Positions 1-9,681 of a stretch of DNA of 64,000 bases are shown here, one piece after another. The notes below the pieces were generated by a model. That model did not search any database. It was not told where the DNA came from and saw only the letters and a program-made list of their open reading frames with translations. The stretch is from Candidatus Woesebacteria bacterium (GTDB lineage Bacteria > Patescibacteriota > Microgenomatia > UBA8517). Location of the stretch: assembly GCA_963716475.1 (NCBI GenBank), contig OY970314.1, positions 564,790 to 628,789 on the forward strand, written 5' to 3'. Positions within the stretch are counted from its first letter, which is position 1. Every line of letters begins with the position of its first letter. A program made the position numbers and the translations under genes.

Positions 1-1542
1 TTTTCCGACGGGAGGAAATAGAAATTTTCCTTCTTTTGCTACGGTCCCGAATGGTTTAATTAGAGCCGTGTTTCTGGTACCGTCTTTTTGGAATAGGGAC
101 GGGGGATATTCAGACCAAGCCAAAAAGTACTTCAAAGAAGGCTCCCCTGCGCTGCTTATCATCACTTGATCATAATTTTTGGATTCGGAAATGGCCGAAC
201 TTACCATCTCCTGATACCCTGCCTGCCACCACCTCTCAGAATCCCAAGGATAATGGACAAAATAATAATGTAAATAATTAATAGTGCTCCAGAGAAGAAT
301 CCCCACAATTGCGAATGCCCAAACAAATTTAACATTTCCCTTCAGCAGCCTATAGACATAAACCAGTCCTATACTCGCTACGACTATTAAAGGAAAAACT
401 AACAAAAACTGCCTTGTTGCGTGATTTCCGCCGTCTTGAGTCAGAGCTCCGGGAATCGGGCTGGCGAAAAGAAGAAAAAGAAATGTATATTTTTCTTTAC
501 CTAAAATTGCTTTACGTCCGGTAAGAACAAAGCAAATGCCGGCAAGGATTAAGACAGATTCAACTGCGTATAATTCTCCCGAAGCGGAAGAGTTCTGACG
601 TGGGGAAGGATCTCCCTTTGTAAACAAAAAGTCCGTCGAAAAGGTTTCAAAATAGTTATCAATAAAAATGTTGCCAAAAACTATTAATTTGTTATGCAGA
701 ATTTTTCCAAGAAAAGGATTTTGGGATACATCGCCCATCTCCTGGTCTACTACACGGGGTGCCCCGATTTCCCCGCTTAAAGTCGGGTGATTAAATATAG
801 AAATAGAGTCGAAGCGGGCTACCCCTTGCCCAAAGACTGTATTTATAGCAAACGGAACGGTAATTAGTAAAAAAATTACAGAACTTATTACCAAATATAT
901 TTTCTTAATTTTAAAAATATCCTTGTGCCAAATCAAAAACATTGCGACAACAGTCAGGGGTAAAAATAATTTTGCGGTACTATAAATCCATGGCGTAAAA
1001 CCTAAAAGTATTGCCGTGGGTATAAGCCAAATATTTTTCCTTAGTCCATAAAGAAAAAACAGAATCCCTGCAAAGAAAAAGATGTAAAGCATGGTCGCTT
1101 CAAAACCCGCTCTGGAATAATGAATATGCCAGGGAAGTATTGATATTAGGATTGCAGAAATAAGTCCTATATATTTATTTTTAGTAAGCTCTTTGGTCAA
1201 AAAATAAGTTATCAGTATACCTAAAATACCAAATACTGCCGCAGGCAAACGAACGCCTAAGGAAGATATGCCAAAAAACGCTATTGTTGGAATGGATGCA
1301 TAAATGTATAAGGGGGTTCTCCATTCTGCCAAAGACTGAATATGCATGGGTAGAAAATTGCCTGAATAATCTCTGCCGGTTTTGAGAAGCGAAAGGGCCT
1401 GATAACCTACATCCAGCTCATCTCCAAAAAGGGAAACAGGATCTTTATCCAACCGATAAAGCCTTAAGAAAGATCCAAAAAAAATAGTAAAAACCAGGGA
1501 GATTAATATAAACCTTTTGTTCTTAATTATGTTACCCATCAT
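1..1542 (-). CDS. ArnT/PMT-like (GT83/GT39, GT-C fold) membrane glycosyltransferase, 3' end outside window
   Basis: Not in the ORF track because it runs off the edge. Manual translation of the 5' part gives M(M)GNIIKNKRF...LRLYRLDKDPVSLFGDELDVGYQALSLLKTGRDYSGNFLP...GVRLPAA...PWHIHYSRAGFEA. It has the GDE acceptor motif and is a clear paralog of 1539..3176. The ATG overlaps the upstream TGA (start 1542 or 1539). Confidence 0.85.
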   Translation of the reverse strand, partial: MMGNIIKNKRFILISLVFTIFFGSFLRLYRLDKDPVSLFGDELDVGYQALSLLKTGRDYSGNFLPMHIQSLAEWRTPLYIYASIPTIAFFGISSLGVRLPAAVFGILGILITYFLTKELTKNKYIGLISAILISILPWHIHYSRAGFEATMLYIFFFAGILFFLYGLRKNIWLIPTAILLGFTPWIYSTAKLFLPLTVVAMFLIWHKDIFKIKKIYLVISSVIFLLITVPFAINTVFGQGVARFDSISIFNHPTLSGEIGAPRVVDQEMGDVSQNPFLGKILHNKLIVFGNIFIDNYFETFSTDFLFTKGDPSPRQNSSASGELYAVESVLILAGICFVLTGRKAILGKEKYTFLFLLFASPIPGALTQDGGNHATRQFLLVFPLIVVASIGLVYVYRLLKGNVKFVWAFAIVGILLWSTINYLHYYFVHYPWDSERWWQAGYQEMVSSAISESKNYDQVMISSAGEPSLKYFLAWSEYPPSLFQKDGTRNTALIKPFGTVAKEGKFLFPPVGK

Positions 1543-3176
1543 ACTTCTTTTTTAATAATAGACAACATTCGTTGACCTGTAGGGCTATAAACCCTGTTAA
1601 GTACCGTGCCTTCGACATTTTCAGTTACATCTATAACATATAAAACAGACCCGTTTATGCTGTTAATAAAATTAACAACTTCGTTATCGGGTATATTTGT
1701 GATATATACATTCCCAAATTTCTTAAACTTATATTTTCCGAAATCAAAAAGGGTTTTATTTGCAGCTATTACTATATTTGGATCAATTTTATTATAGACG
1801 GGGTACGCATATTGAATGTTGTCAATTTGATCGGATAAGAAAATGTAATCATATTGCCTCATATGATCATTAGCTATCCCTGCGGCCACCTCTGCAGGAT
1901 ATGACCAAAAGTTATAATACTTAACCGGCGAGAGAAAATAGAGTTTGTCTAAGAGGAATATAAACTGTAACAACCACGGAGCTCCTATCAGTAAAAAAAA
2001 CAAAAGTTTGTTTCTCCTATTTCTAATATCTGTAATCTCCGAAAGGCCAACTGCTGATAATAAAACAAGAGGTGGAAGCATAAATGAATCTCGTAAGGCG
2101 TGTGGTGTTATAAGGAGTGCGGCAGCCACGGGTGCAAGAAAGATCCAGGATACAAGAAAAATAAAGATTTTCCGGTTTTTATTCCAAAGAATCACTAGAC
2201 TTACAAGTATCAGCACTATCTCAACCAGATATAATTCTCCTATTCCCGTCATGTTATGGACAGGGTTCCCGTCCCCTGAAATAAACAAGAAGTTAAATGA
2301 TAAATTATCTAAGTAGGCATTTCTTAAAGAAACAAAATACTCAACCGGCCTATTATGAAAATATTGTGAGAGATTTTCCCCAATTGAATCAATAGATCTT
2401 TCAAAGTTAACTTTTTGAATTATTTGCTGTTTTATAGCCGGATCGGCAAATATATTAATATCGGTAAATCTTTGTTCAGATTTACCGAATAAAGTCTGTT
2501 GGACCGAAACAAGTACTGCAACCGCCCCTACTACTAAGGCAATTATCTTAAACCAACGATATCCTTTACTCAAAAAATTTCTAATGGCTCCTCTATCAAA
2601 CCAAATCAGAAGGGCGAGAATCAAAAACAAGGTAAGTTTATAAGTGGAATATGTATGTATGGAGAGTCCCCATGCGACTGCAAACCCCAAATAATATTTA
2701 GGGTTATCTTTGGCCATGAGAAAAAAAAGAAGCCCCAGGATAGCCAACATTAGGGCAAAATGGGCCTCAAATCCGCCTCTGGAAAGAGACAGGTCCCAAG
2801 GTGAAATTGCAATCAGAAAAGCTGCTATAAAACCGGTATTTTGGTTGAATAACCTCTTCCCCAAAAAATACATTATGACAATCATCCCGAGTCCCGAAAG
2901 AATCGAGAGGCTTCGGACTCCCAGTGCTGTTGGACCAAAAATAGCTACGAAAGGAATCGAGAAATAAATATATCCTGCCGGCCGTCCGGCACCCATTTGA
3001 AAAGTAATAGGGAGAAAATTCCCCAATTGATCATGACCGGTTTTAAGAACCGAGTAGGTATCATAAACCGTTGTCAGTTCGTCACCATACATCGGAAGTG
3101 TCGTAATTTTATAAACCCGAAGCAAAAACCCGAGCAGCAATATGCCAAAAAGAACCAAGATGGATTTACGGGACAT
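1539..3176 (-). CDS. ArnT/PMT-like GT-C membrane glycosyltransferase
   Basis: 545 aa, many TM segments; LRVYKI..PMYGDE, KTGHD..GNFLP, GVRSLS, SPW..LSRGGFEA motifs. Confidence 0.85.
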   Translation of the reverse strand: MSRKSILVLFGILLLGFLLRVYKITTLPMYGDELTTVYDTYSVLKTGHDQLGNFLPITFQMGAGRPAGYIYFSIPFVAIFGPTALGVRSLSILSGLGMIVIMYFLGKRLFNQNTGFIAAFLIAISPWDLSLSRGGFEAHFALMLAILGLLFFLMAKDNPKYYLGFAVAWGLSIHTYSTYKLTLFLILALLIWFDRGAIRNFLSKGYRWFKIIALVVGAVAVLVSVQQTLFGKSEQRFTDINIFADPAIKQQIIQKVNFERSIDSIGENLSQYFHNRPVEYFVSLRNAYLDNLSFNFLFISGDGNPVHNMTGIGELYLVEIVLILVSLVILWNKNRKIFIFLVSWIFLAPVAAALLITPHALRDSFMLPPLVLLSAVGLSEITDIRNRRNKLLFFLLIGAPWLLQFIFLLDKLYFLSPVKYYNFWSYPAEVAAGIANDHMRQYDYIFLSDQIDNIQYAYPVYNKIDPNIVIAANKTLFDFGKYKFKKFGNVYITNIPDNEVVNFINSINGSVLYVIDVTENVEGTVLNRVYSPTGQRMLSIIKKEV

Positions 3177-3196
3177 ATGTACATTATAATTTAGCT
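3177..3196. promoter_or_regulatory. 20-bp bidirectional promoter, palindromic ATTATAAT (3183-3190)
   Basis: TATAAT on + (3185-3190) lies 6 nt before GTG 3197; TATAAT on - (3183-3188) lies 6 nt before ATG 3176. Confidence 0.75.
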
Positions 3197-5059
3197 GTGG
3201 AGAAAATACTAATGGGGGGAATCGTCGGATTTGTCCTTTTTACACTAATTTCCTACGTGCTAATAGTGCTTAATATTCCATTTCTTATCATCCCAATTAC
3301 ACTTTTGGCAATTATTGTAGGTGCCAAACCTCTGGTGAAAACACTAAAACAAATCAAAATTAAATTTGACGGATTAACCATCCTAACCATAATTGTTTTC
3401 ATTGTCGGAATCGCCGGACAAATGCTGGTCATCTCCCCCAGCGGAATTTTTAAAAACGGGGACTTGCTTTTTTGGTCTTCTAACGGACACGACGGAGCCT
3501 GGCATATAGCACTGATGGAGGAGATAAAGAAAGGTTACCCGTTTCAAAACCCGGTTTTTGCAGGTGAAAAGCTTGTTAATTATCATTTCTTTTCGGATAT
3601 TGCGCCTGCAATAATTTCTAAATACCTCCCCTTATCCGACTTGAATTTATATTTCAGAATATTCCCTTTTATTTACTCCCTTTTCTTCGGTGTGTCTGCA
3701 TACTACCTTACTAAGAAAATTACGGATAGCCGCACCGCCGGGATCTGGGCAACTATTTTTACATATTTTGCGGGAAGCTTTGGATACATAATCGGTAAAG
3801 GTGAAAGTGTCTTCTGGGCAACTCAACCGCAAAGTGCCAGTGGAAATCCACCCCAAATAGTTTCTGATTTTATTCTAATGGCAGCACTTTACTTTCTGTT
3901 AGCGATGTTACAGAAAAATGAACACAAATATACATTCTGGATTTGTGTTCTTCTAACCGGCACCTTGGCTGAATTTAAAGTCTATGCTGCAATTGTAATT
4001 CTGGGGTCTCTATTTCTTGCCGGAATTTGGCAAATGCTAAGGGAGAGAAAAATTCAAATACTTCTTTTGACAATTCTTAGCGGAGCCCTTGCTGCAATTT
4101 TATATTTACCAAATTCGAGCGGATCGGTTTCTTTTCTGATTTTTCAACCCTGGTGGTATATCAGGACTATGATTGTCGAGCCTTCCCGCCTGAATTTATT
4201 GGACTGGGAACTTCGACGCCAAACATATATTTATGAACACAACTGGAAACGGGTGATATTTCTGGAAGGATTAGGATTTCTGATTTTCTTCTTCGGAAAC
4301 CTGGGAATGAGATTCGTTGGGCTTTGGGATGGCTTTAAATTTGTAAAAAGTTCCCTCAAGAATTATTTCAATTTAATTTTCATTTTAATTATCTTTTCTT
4401 CTTTAGTACTTCCGCTCTTGTTCCTGCAGAAAGGTGTTGCCAGTAATACCAGTCAATTCCTTCAATATTTCGTCCTTCTTATCGGAATACTTGCCGGTAT
4501 ATCGGTAGCAAGACTTATAAAATTTGTTAAATTTCCCGTCTTCCAGATACTTATAGCTCTGATATTTATAGCTACGATGATTCCTACTCAAATCGGTCTA
4601 CTTCGCGATTTCTACGGATCTCCCGGACATTTACGTCAGGCTTTTGCTAAAATTTCGGCATCCGAGATTCAAGCGCTTGGCTACATTAAAAACAACACTT
4701 CTCCGAAAACGGTCATTTTGACGCCCCCATATGATCAGTATCCGGAAGTCGGAGGTCTTACCCCAAACGTTTGGAACTGGTCTGATACCGGTTACGTTTC
4801 AGCATTTTCATCCAGAAGGACATATTTTGACGACCACGAACAGGTAGATATCATGGGTTATGAATGGAAAGGACGTCTAACGATAAAAGAGAAGATATTT
4901 AAGGAGAAGGACCCGAATATCTTCAGCCGGGAGGTTAATGAAACTAAGTCACAAATTCTGTATTTTCCTAAAGTTTTCCGCCCGCTGGTGGATCTGACAA
5001 AAACAGGGTTGACTAAGATTTATGAAAACTCTGAGGTAGAAGTCTGGAAAATAAGTTAG
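3197..5059 (+). CDS. multi-TM GT-C-like membrane protein (paralog of 6791..8440)
   Basis: 620 aa, more than 12 TM plus soluble C-terminal domain; HDGAWHIAL..QNPVFAG..LVNYHF matches RDGVWHEAL..QNPGFAG..LTNYHY of 6791..8440. Confidence 0.7.
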   Translation: MEKILMGGIVGFVLFTLISYVLIVLNIPFLIIPITLLAIIVGAKPLVKTLKQIKIKFDGLTILTIIVFIVGIAGQMLVISPSGIFKNGDLLFWSSNGHDGAWHIALMEEIKKGYPFQNPVFAGEKLVNYHFFSDIAPAIISKYLPLSDLNLYFRIFPFIYSLFFGVSAYYLTKKITDSRTAGIWATIFTYFAGSFGYIIGKGESVFWATQPQSASGNPPQIVSDFILMAALYFLLAMLQKNEHKYTFWICVLLTGTLAEFKVYAAIVILGSLFLAGIWQMLRERKIQILLLTILSGALAAILYLPNSSGSVSFLIFQPWWYIRTMIVEPSRLNLLDWELRRQTYIYEHNWKRVIFLEGLGFLIFFFGNLGMRFVGLWDGFKFVKSSLKNYFNLIFILIIFSSLVLPLLFLQKGVASNTSQFLQYFVLLIGILAGISVARLIKFVKFPVFQILIALIFIATMIPTQIGLLRDFYGSPGHLRQAFAKISASEIQALGYIKNNTSPKTVILTPPYDQYPEVGGLTPNVWNWSDTGYVSAFSSRRTYFDDHEQVDIMGYEWKGRLTIKEKIFKEKDPNIFSREVNETKSQILYFPKVFRPLVDLTKTGLTKIYENSEVEVWKIS

Positions 5060-5606
5060 AGTAAATACTTCTTATTATCATAATCTTACTTACAGGTTTA
5101 AAATATAGGACGATCGGAAGCCCCCCCGGATGTGTATCTTTATCGTAATTATAATGGTCTATCCAACTCGGCGGGTTTTGACTAAGAAAAACTTCAATCA
5201 GATCTTCGGGTCCTGCCCCGGGTGAGCTCAGGGTAAAAACATACACCTTATTTTCCGAATCAGGAATAGTATCAAATACAAATTTTACAAAACTACCATC
5301 CTGTACATTTTGGCCATTTATCACCGATGTTCTTATCGGGTTCATCTTATCATCGAAAAGATTCAATATAATGTCTTTCTTATTTTTTAAATTGGGGTTT
5401 TTTATTGACGTCCCTATCGCCGTCAGGTTTGCGTCCTGAGATGTAAACGTTTGGGTCACATTTCTAAAATCATAAATGCTCAACGTCTGGCTATAGCCTG
5501 GTTGATCGTCTCCGGGAATCAATTTTATCCCCAAGGCGAGTACGGCAGGAGCGACAAACACCAAAAATAATATTGTTATTGTAGTAAACCAGATTAGCTT
5601 TTTCAT
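5013..5606 (-). CDS. exported/membrane-anchored hypothetical protein with beta-rich domain
   Basis: 197 aa, N-terminal signal/TM; beta-strand-rich QTFTS..NLTAI..FVFDTIPDSENKVYVFTLSSP; last gene of the minus-strand GT run. Confidence 0.65.
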   Translation of the reverse strand: MKKLIWFTTITILFLVFVAPAVLALGIKLIPGDDQPGYSQTLSIYDFRNVTQTFTSQDANLTAIGTSIKNPNLKNKKDIILNLFDDKMNPIRTSVINGQNVQDGSFVKFVFDTIPDSENKVYVFTLSSPGAGPEDLIEVFLSQNPPSWIDHYNYDKDTHPGGLPIVLYFKPVSKIMIIRSIYSNLFSRLLPQSFHKS

Positions 5607-5624
5607 AAAATTCTCTTTTTCGTA

Positions 5625-6791
5625 TTATGCCCCCTTAAAATTCTTGTACGTCATCACCAAACTTCCTGCTGCAAGTATCGAATGGAAAACAGCTATTATA
5701 TTATTGGGATCATAAACTTTCTGTATCACAGTAAACGGTGTAGGAAGCATATCGTACCATGTGCTAAATATCCTAAATAAAGAAATTGTCATAAACCTAT
5801 CTTGATAAAGAATGGGTATTGCAAAAGCTAGTATGCCAAAAAAGAATATCAGCCTGGAAAGGTTCGGTTTTTTTACTGATAAAATAACCAAAAAGGGAGC
5901 AATCCAAAGAAGCCACTGAATGTGAAATAGTGTGAAGGAAAAGATAATCAAAAATAATGTAACCCAATAATTAAAGACGTTCAATTTTTTATCGATAAGT
6001 ACTGCGTAAAAGAAAAGGATGGCGAGAGCCAAAGTTGTAAAATCAGACGTAAAAATGCCTGTGGTAAGCCCAGAAACCAGAGCTGATTGGAAAAAAGCCG
6101 TTGAGATAAACGGTAATACGATAACCCCAAAGATTATTATTGGAGTTGCGGCAAGAACGAATTTTTCCTTCACACTACGTCCCGACAAAAATAAAAATGG
6201 AACGAATAAAAGAGGATATAATTTAAATCCGGAAGCCAAACCGAGAATAAGCGAGGCGGAAAATAATTTTTGTTTTTTGATCATCAAAAATGCCAAGATC
6301 GTAAGTACTGCCGGAAAGATGTCTACGTTAGAAAATACATAAATCAGAACTATCGTGAAGGGGTTAAATAACCAAAATATATAAGCTTTTTTCTTATCTG
6401 CTTTGTTTTCAAAGAACTGCATTAGAAGAAACGCTACACCAATATCCAAAACCAAATACGGGAGCTTAAGCACAATAAGATACCTAAAGATATTCGGATT
6501 GTTAACAACAGAGTTGGCTCCGGCATCGGACAACCAAGATGTAAAGTTATTACCCAAAATCGGCGACACAATCCACTGATAGCCGCCTAAAGTAAAATAA
6601 GTCAAAGGAAAATAAACAAAATCATCTTTCAGCGGCAAAGATTTTTTATTATTAACCAGATAAGTGTAAATGTTAAAAACTCCCTTTTTCAGAAAAGATG
6701 CTTGATAATTGTAAGTTTTGATATCAGGGTGAAATAGAAACGCCGCCACCAAAACTCTTAAAAAAATTGCCAAAACCAGAAGTTTTTTCAT
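5625..6791 (-). CDS. GT87/PIG-M-like (DUF2029-type) GT-C glycosyltransferase
   Basis: 388 aa polytopic; FHPD, FVYFPL, LKLPY..DI, FWLFNP, D..P, GFKLYP, HIQW motifs; paralog of 8437..9681. Confidence 0.7.
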   Translation of the reverse strand: MKKLLVLAIFLRVLVAAFLFHPDIKTYNYQASFLKKGVFNIYTYLVNNKKSLPLKDDFVYFPLTYFTLGGYQWIVSPILGNNFTSWLSDAGANSVVNNPNIFRYLIVLKLPYLVLDIGVAFLLMQFFENKADKKKAYIFWLFNPFTIVLIYVFSNVDIFPAVLTILAFLMIKKQKLFSASLILGLASGFKLYPLLFVPFLFLSGRSVKEKFVLAATPIIIFGVIVLPFISTAFFQSALVSGLTTGIFTSDFTTLALAILFFYAVLIDKKLNVFNYWVTLFLIIFSFTLFHIQWLLWIAPFLVILSVKKPNLSRLIFFFGILAFAIPILYQDRFMTISLFRIFSTWYDMLPTPFTVIQKVYDPNNIIAVFHSILAAGSLVMTYKNFKGA

Positions 6792-8440
6792 TATTGTTCT
6801 ACCTCATATATGTTAACACTGTCATTTTCAAAAATCTTTTTCATGGAATACTCTCCCTCTGCCATTGGAAGCTGGTAAATCTTTGGTACATATACGTAAC
6901 GGATGTTATTACTCTTTAAAAACTGGTCGGACCAATTCAGATCTTTCTCGGTAAAAAAACGATCCGCCTCGTCAACCCTAACCGTATAATTTGTATTAAG
7001 AACAATCTGTTGTTCCGCATCCTCAATAAATACCGGCTTTCCTGAATATGCCGAAACATAGGCATTATCCGCATATACAAATAATGGGTATGGGTCGGTA
7101 TATTTATTTTTAAGGTTTGAGTCATAAGGGTGTTTTAAAATAACCCCGGGCGGTTCCAGTTTTAAAAAATTGAGCGCCTGATATTCCTTTAACGGTAAAT
7201 AAGCCGGCGGATTTGGGTAAAGTACGCTACGAAATGTGGCATATGAACTTATGGGAGTAATCAATAAAACTAAAACTAAAATAGGAATTGAAAACTTTGA
7301 CAACGCAAAAGCAGCATATAGACCCGTAAAATATAGAAAATAGTAAAAGAATTGAATAACATTCCAAGGGTTTCCTTTCTGGACAAAAAGAAGGGTGGGG
7401 AAGGTAGCAGCCCCCATCATCAGAAAGATAAAGAGATGAAGGTCAGACCTAAAAAACTTTTTACGAAGACCCCAGAGAGCGGTAATTCTTGTTCCCAAAT
7501 TTCCTACAAAAAATATTAATAAACTAATTAGCTCGATCGCACCGAAGCTTAACCACCTGTGTCCTCCAAAGTACGCAAAACGTCTTGCCGTAAAATTCGG
7601 AATGCCAACCCTATCCCCCGCATCTATCATTGTGTCAATTAACCAAAGCGGCTGAAATCCGATCAGACTTGCAGCGCCTTTCCCTATCGATAAATAAATA
7701 CCTATAAATATGACTGCCGAAAAAATGAAAACCGGCAACAAGGTATAATTTTTGTCAAAAAATATTTTCTTCAAAGTTAAGAAGAAGAGTGCGGCTATAA
7801 CTATCGCACCTGCATAAGCTTTAAACCCTACAAGTGCCCCCAATAAAACGGATAGCACCACTCCTTTAATCAGATTTGGTTTTTTAAGATAATTATCAAG
7901 AAGTATTACGCCAAATATTATTATCACCAGAGATATGGCATAAGGCGGATTGAGATTCATTGAAACCGGCTGGTTGGCCCAAAATGCCGATTCTCCGGCC
8001 AAAGGTTGGTGCTTAGCGAGACTTACTATCCAACCAAAACTACTTCCAAAATAGGCAAAAAATACCGCAAGTATACTTACCAGTTTACTGCCAAAAAGCC
8101 TTCGGGCGAGTAAATATGTCCCAATCCCTAAAAGAATCGAGAAAATTACCGGGAAAAACCGATATATGAGGAACGACGGGTTAATGGTAGATAATCTTGA
8201 AACAATTGCAACAAGTAAATCATAAAGATAGTGATAATTAGTAAGAGCCACTCCCGCAAACCCGGGGTTTTGTGGGGGAATACCTAATTTTAATTGACCG
8301 ATCAACGCTTCGTGCCAAACTCCATCCCGGGCCAATGGGCCAAAGTATCCGACACCATAATGATAAAGCTGGCCACTGCGAAACATGGCTACCCCCTGGA
8401 AAATTGTTCCCAAAATGGTTAAAACAATTAAAATAATCAT
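6791..8440 (-). CDS. multi-TM GT-C-like membrane protein (paralog of 3197..5059)
   Basis: 549 aa; DGVWH, NYHY, GESAFWA.QP, FKAY, FVQKG...N..QF..YF shared with 3197..5059. Confidence 0.7.
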   Translation of the reverse strand: MIILIVLTILGTIFQGVAMFRSGQLYHYGVGYFGPLARDGVWHEALIGQLKLGIPPQNPGFAGVALTNYHYLYDLLVAIVSRLSTINPSFLIYRFFPVIFSILLGIGTYLLARRLFGSKLVSILAVFFAYFGSSFGWIVSLAKHQPLAGESAFWANQPVSMNLNPPYAISLVIIIFGVILLDNYLKKPNLIKGVVLSVLLGALVGFKAYAGAIVIAALFFLTLKKIFFDKNYTLLPVFIFSAVIFIGIYLSIGKGAASLIGFQPLWLIDTMIDAGDRVGIPNFTARRFAYFGGHRWLSFGAIELISLLIFFVGNLGTRITALWGLRKKFFRSDLHLFIFLMMGAATFPTLLFVQKGNPWNVIQFFYYFLYFTGLYAAFALSKFSIPILVLVLLITPISSYATFRSVLYPNPPAYLPLKEYQALNFLKLEPPGVILKHPYDSNLKNKYTDPYPLFVYADNAYVSAYSGKPVFIEDAEQQIVLNTNYTVRVDEADRFFTEKDLNWSDQFLKSNNIRYVYVPKIYQLPMAEGEYSMKKIFENDSVNIYEVEQ

Positions 8441-9681
8441 ACCTGGTCAGTCCTTTTGGGGAAGTAATAATAAATATAAAAGGCAGCTACCGATACAAAA
8501 ACTGTCTGGAGAATGCTCCTCGCATAATTAATATCCACATTAATTCCTAAGCTTTGCCAAATACCAACCCGCCCGTAAAGTGAAGGAACTAAGGGTGAGA
8601 ACAGCCAGACGCTAAGACCCGGATCAAAAAAACTCACCTGACCAAGCCAAACAACCACTGCCAAAAGAGCCAGTGGCCAGTGTTTTAATTGTGATTTAAC
8701 TAAATCAATCACCAAAAACGGAGTCAACCAGGTAAACCATTGAGGATGAGTATGTGTAAAAATAAAGAATATGAGAATTACCACAAAAAATCTCTGCCAA
8801 AGATCACCAATCTTCGCTTTGTTGTAAAAGAAAACTATATATAAGAAAAGTATGAAAAGAGGGAAAAATATAATTGACTCCCCACCCGACACGGGAAGGG
8901 CCGCATAAAGACTTTTGGTTGTCTGTCCGGCGAGAAGAGCACTGCTCCTAAATCCGGAGGAGCCGATAAAGGGTAATATCCCGGCAACATAGGTTAACGC
9001 CCCGATTCCGACAATCTTTATGCGATCGGCCCACTTTTCCCTGAGAAGTGCAAGCGGAACCAAAAATAATAACGGATATATTTTAAAAGATGCTCCGAGA
9101 CCCAATAATAAAGAGGCAAAGAAATATTTTTCTTTCTTCACGGCAAGATAAAGTGCCGCAACCGTAATGAATGTAGGAATGATATCAAACTGTCCCATCA
9201 TGTAAGTTGCATATAAATTTACAGGATTAAATATCCAAAAAGTAAATGCCAGGAATTTATTTTTGGGGTTTTTAAAGAAATTAAAGAGTAAAAACGCGGT
9301 ACCTATATCAAACGGCAAATATGGAAGCTTGAGTGCCAGAAGAAGGAAGTTAAGCTGTAAATTCCCCAAGATCCCCGGCAAGTTAAAAATAAAATTATGA
9401 AGGATATCGCGGCTAAAAGGCAATGTTAACAAATGGGTTATCGGACCCAGGAAAAAATAAAATAAAGGCGGGTAGATAAAAAGATCCGTAGGATAAATCT
9501 TTAAGATCGGATCTGTTAGGGGAAGGTTTCTTAAATAATCATAGAAATTTAAGACATTGCCCTTGGCTATAACCTCGCCTGCATAATAGAATGCCTGGAT
9601 ATCCGAATGGAAGGTGGTAAAGGCCAAGAAGAAACGGACTAAAATTCCTATCACCAGAACTAAAATAATTTTTCTTTTCAT
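8437..9681 (-). CDS. GT87/PIG-M-like GT-C glycosyltransferase
   Basis: 414 aa; FHSD, FIYPPL, LKLPY..DIG, FWIFNP, GQFD..P, SFKIYP, HPQWF. Confidence 0.72.
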   Translation of the reverse strand: MKRKIILVLVIGILVRFFLAFTTFHSDIQAFYYAGEVIAKGNVLNFYDYLRNLPLTDPILKIYPTDLFIYPPLFYFFLGPITHLLTLPFSRDILHNFIFNLPGILGNLQLNFLLLALKLPYLPFDIGTAFLLFNFFKNPKNKFLAFTFWIFNPVNLYATYMMGQFDIIPTFITVAALYLAVKKEKYFFASLLLGLGASFKIYPLLFLVPLALLREKWADRIKIVGIGALTYVAGILPFIGSSGFRSSALLAGQTTKSLYAALPVSGGESIIFFPLFILFLYIVFFYNKAKIGDLWQRFFVVILIFFIFTHTHPQWFTWLTPFLVIDLVKSQLKHWPLALLAVVVWLGQVSFFDPGLSVWLFSPLVPSLYGRVGIWQSLGINVDINYARSILQTVFVSVAAFYIYYYFPKRTDQV

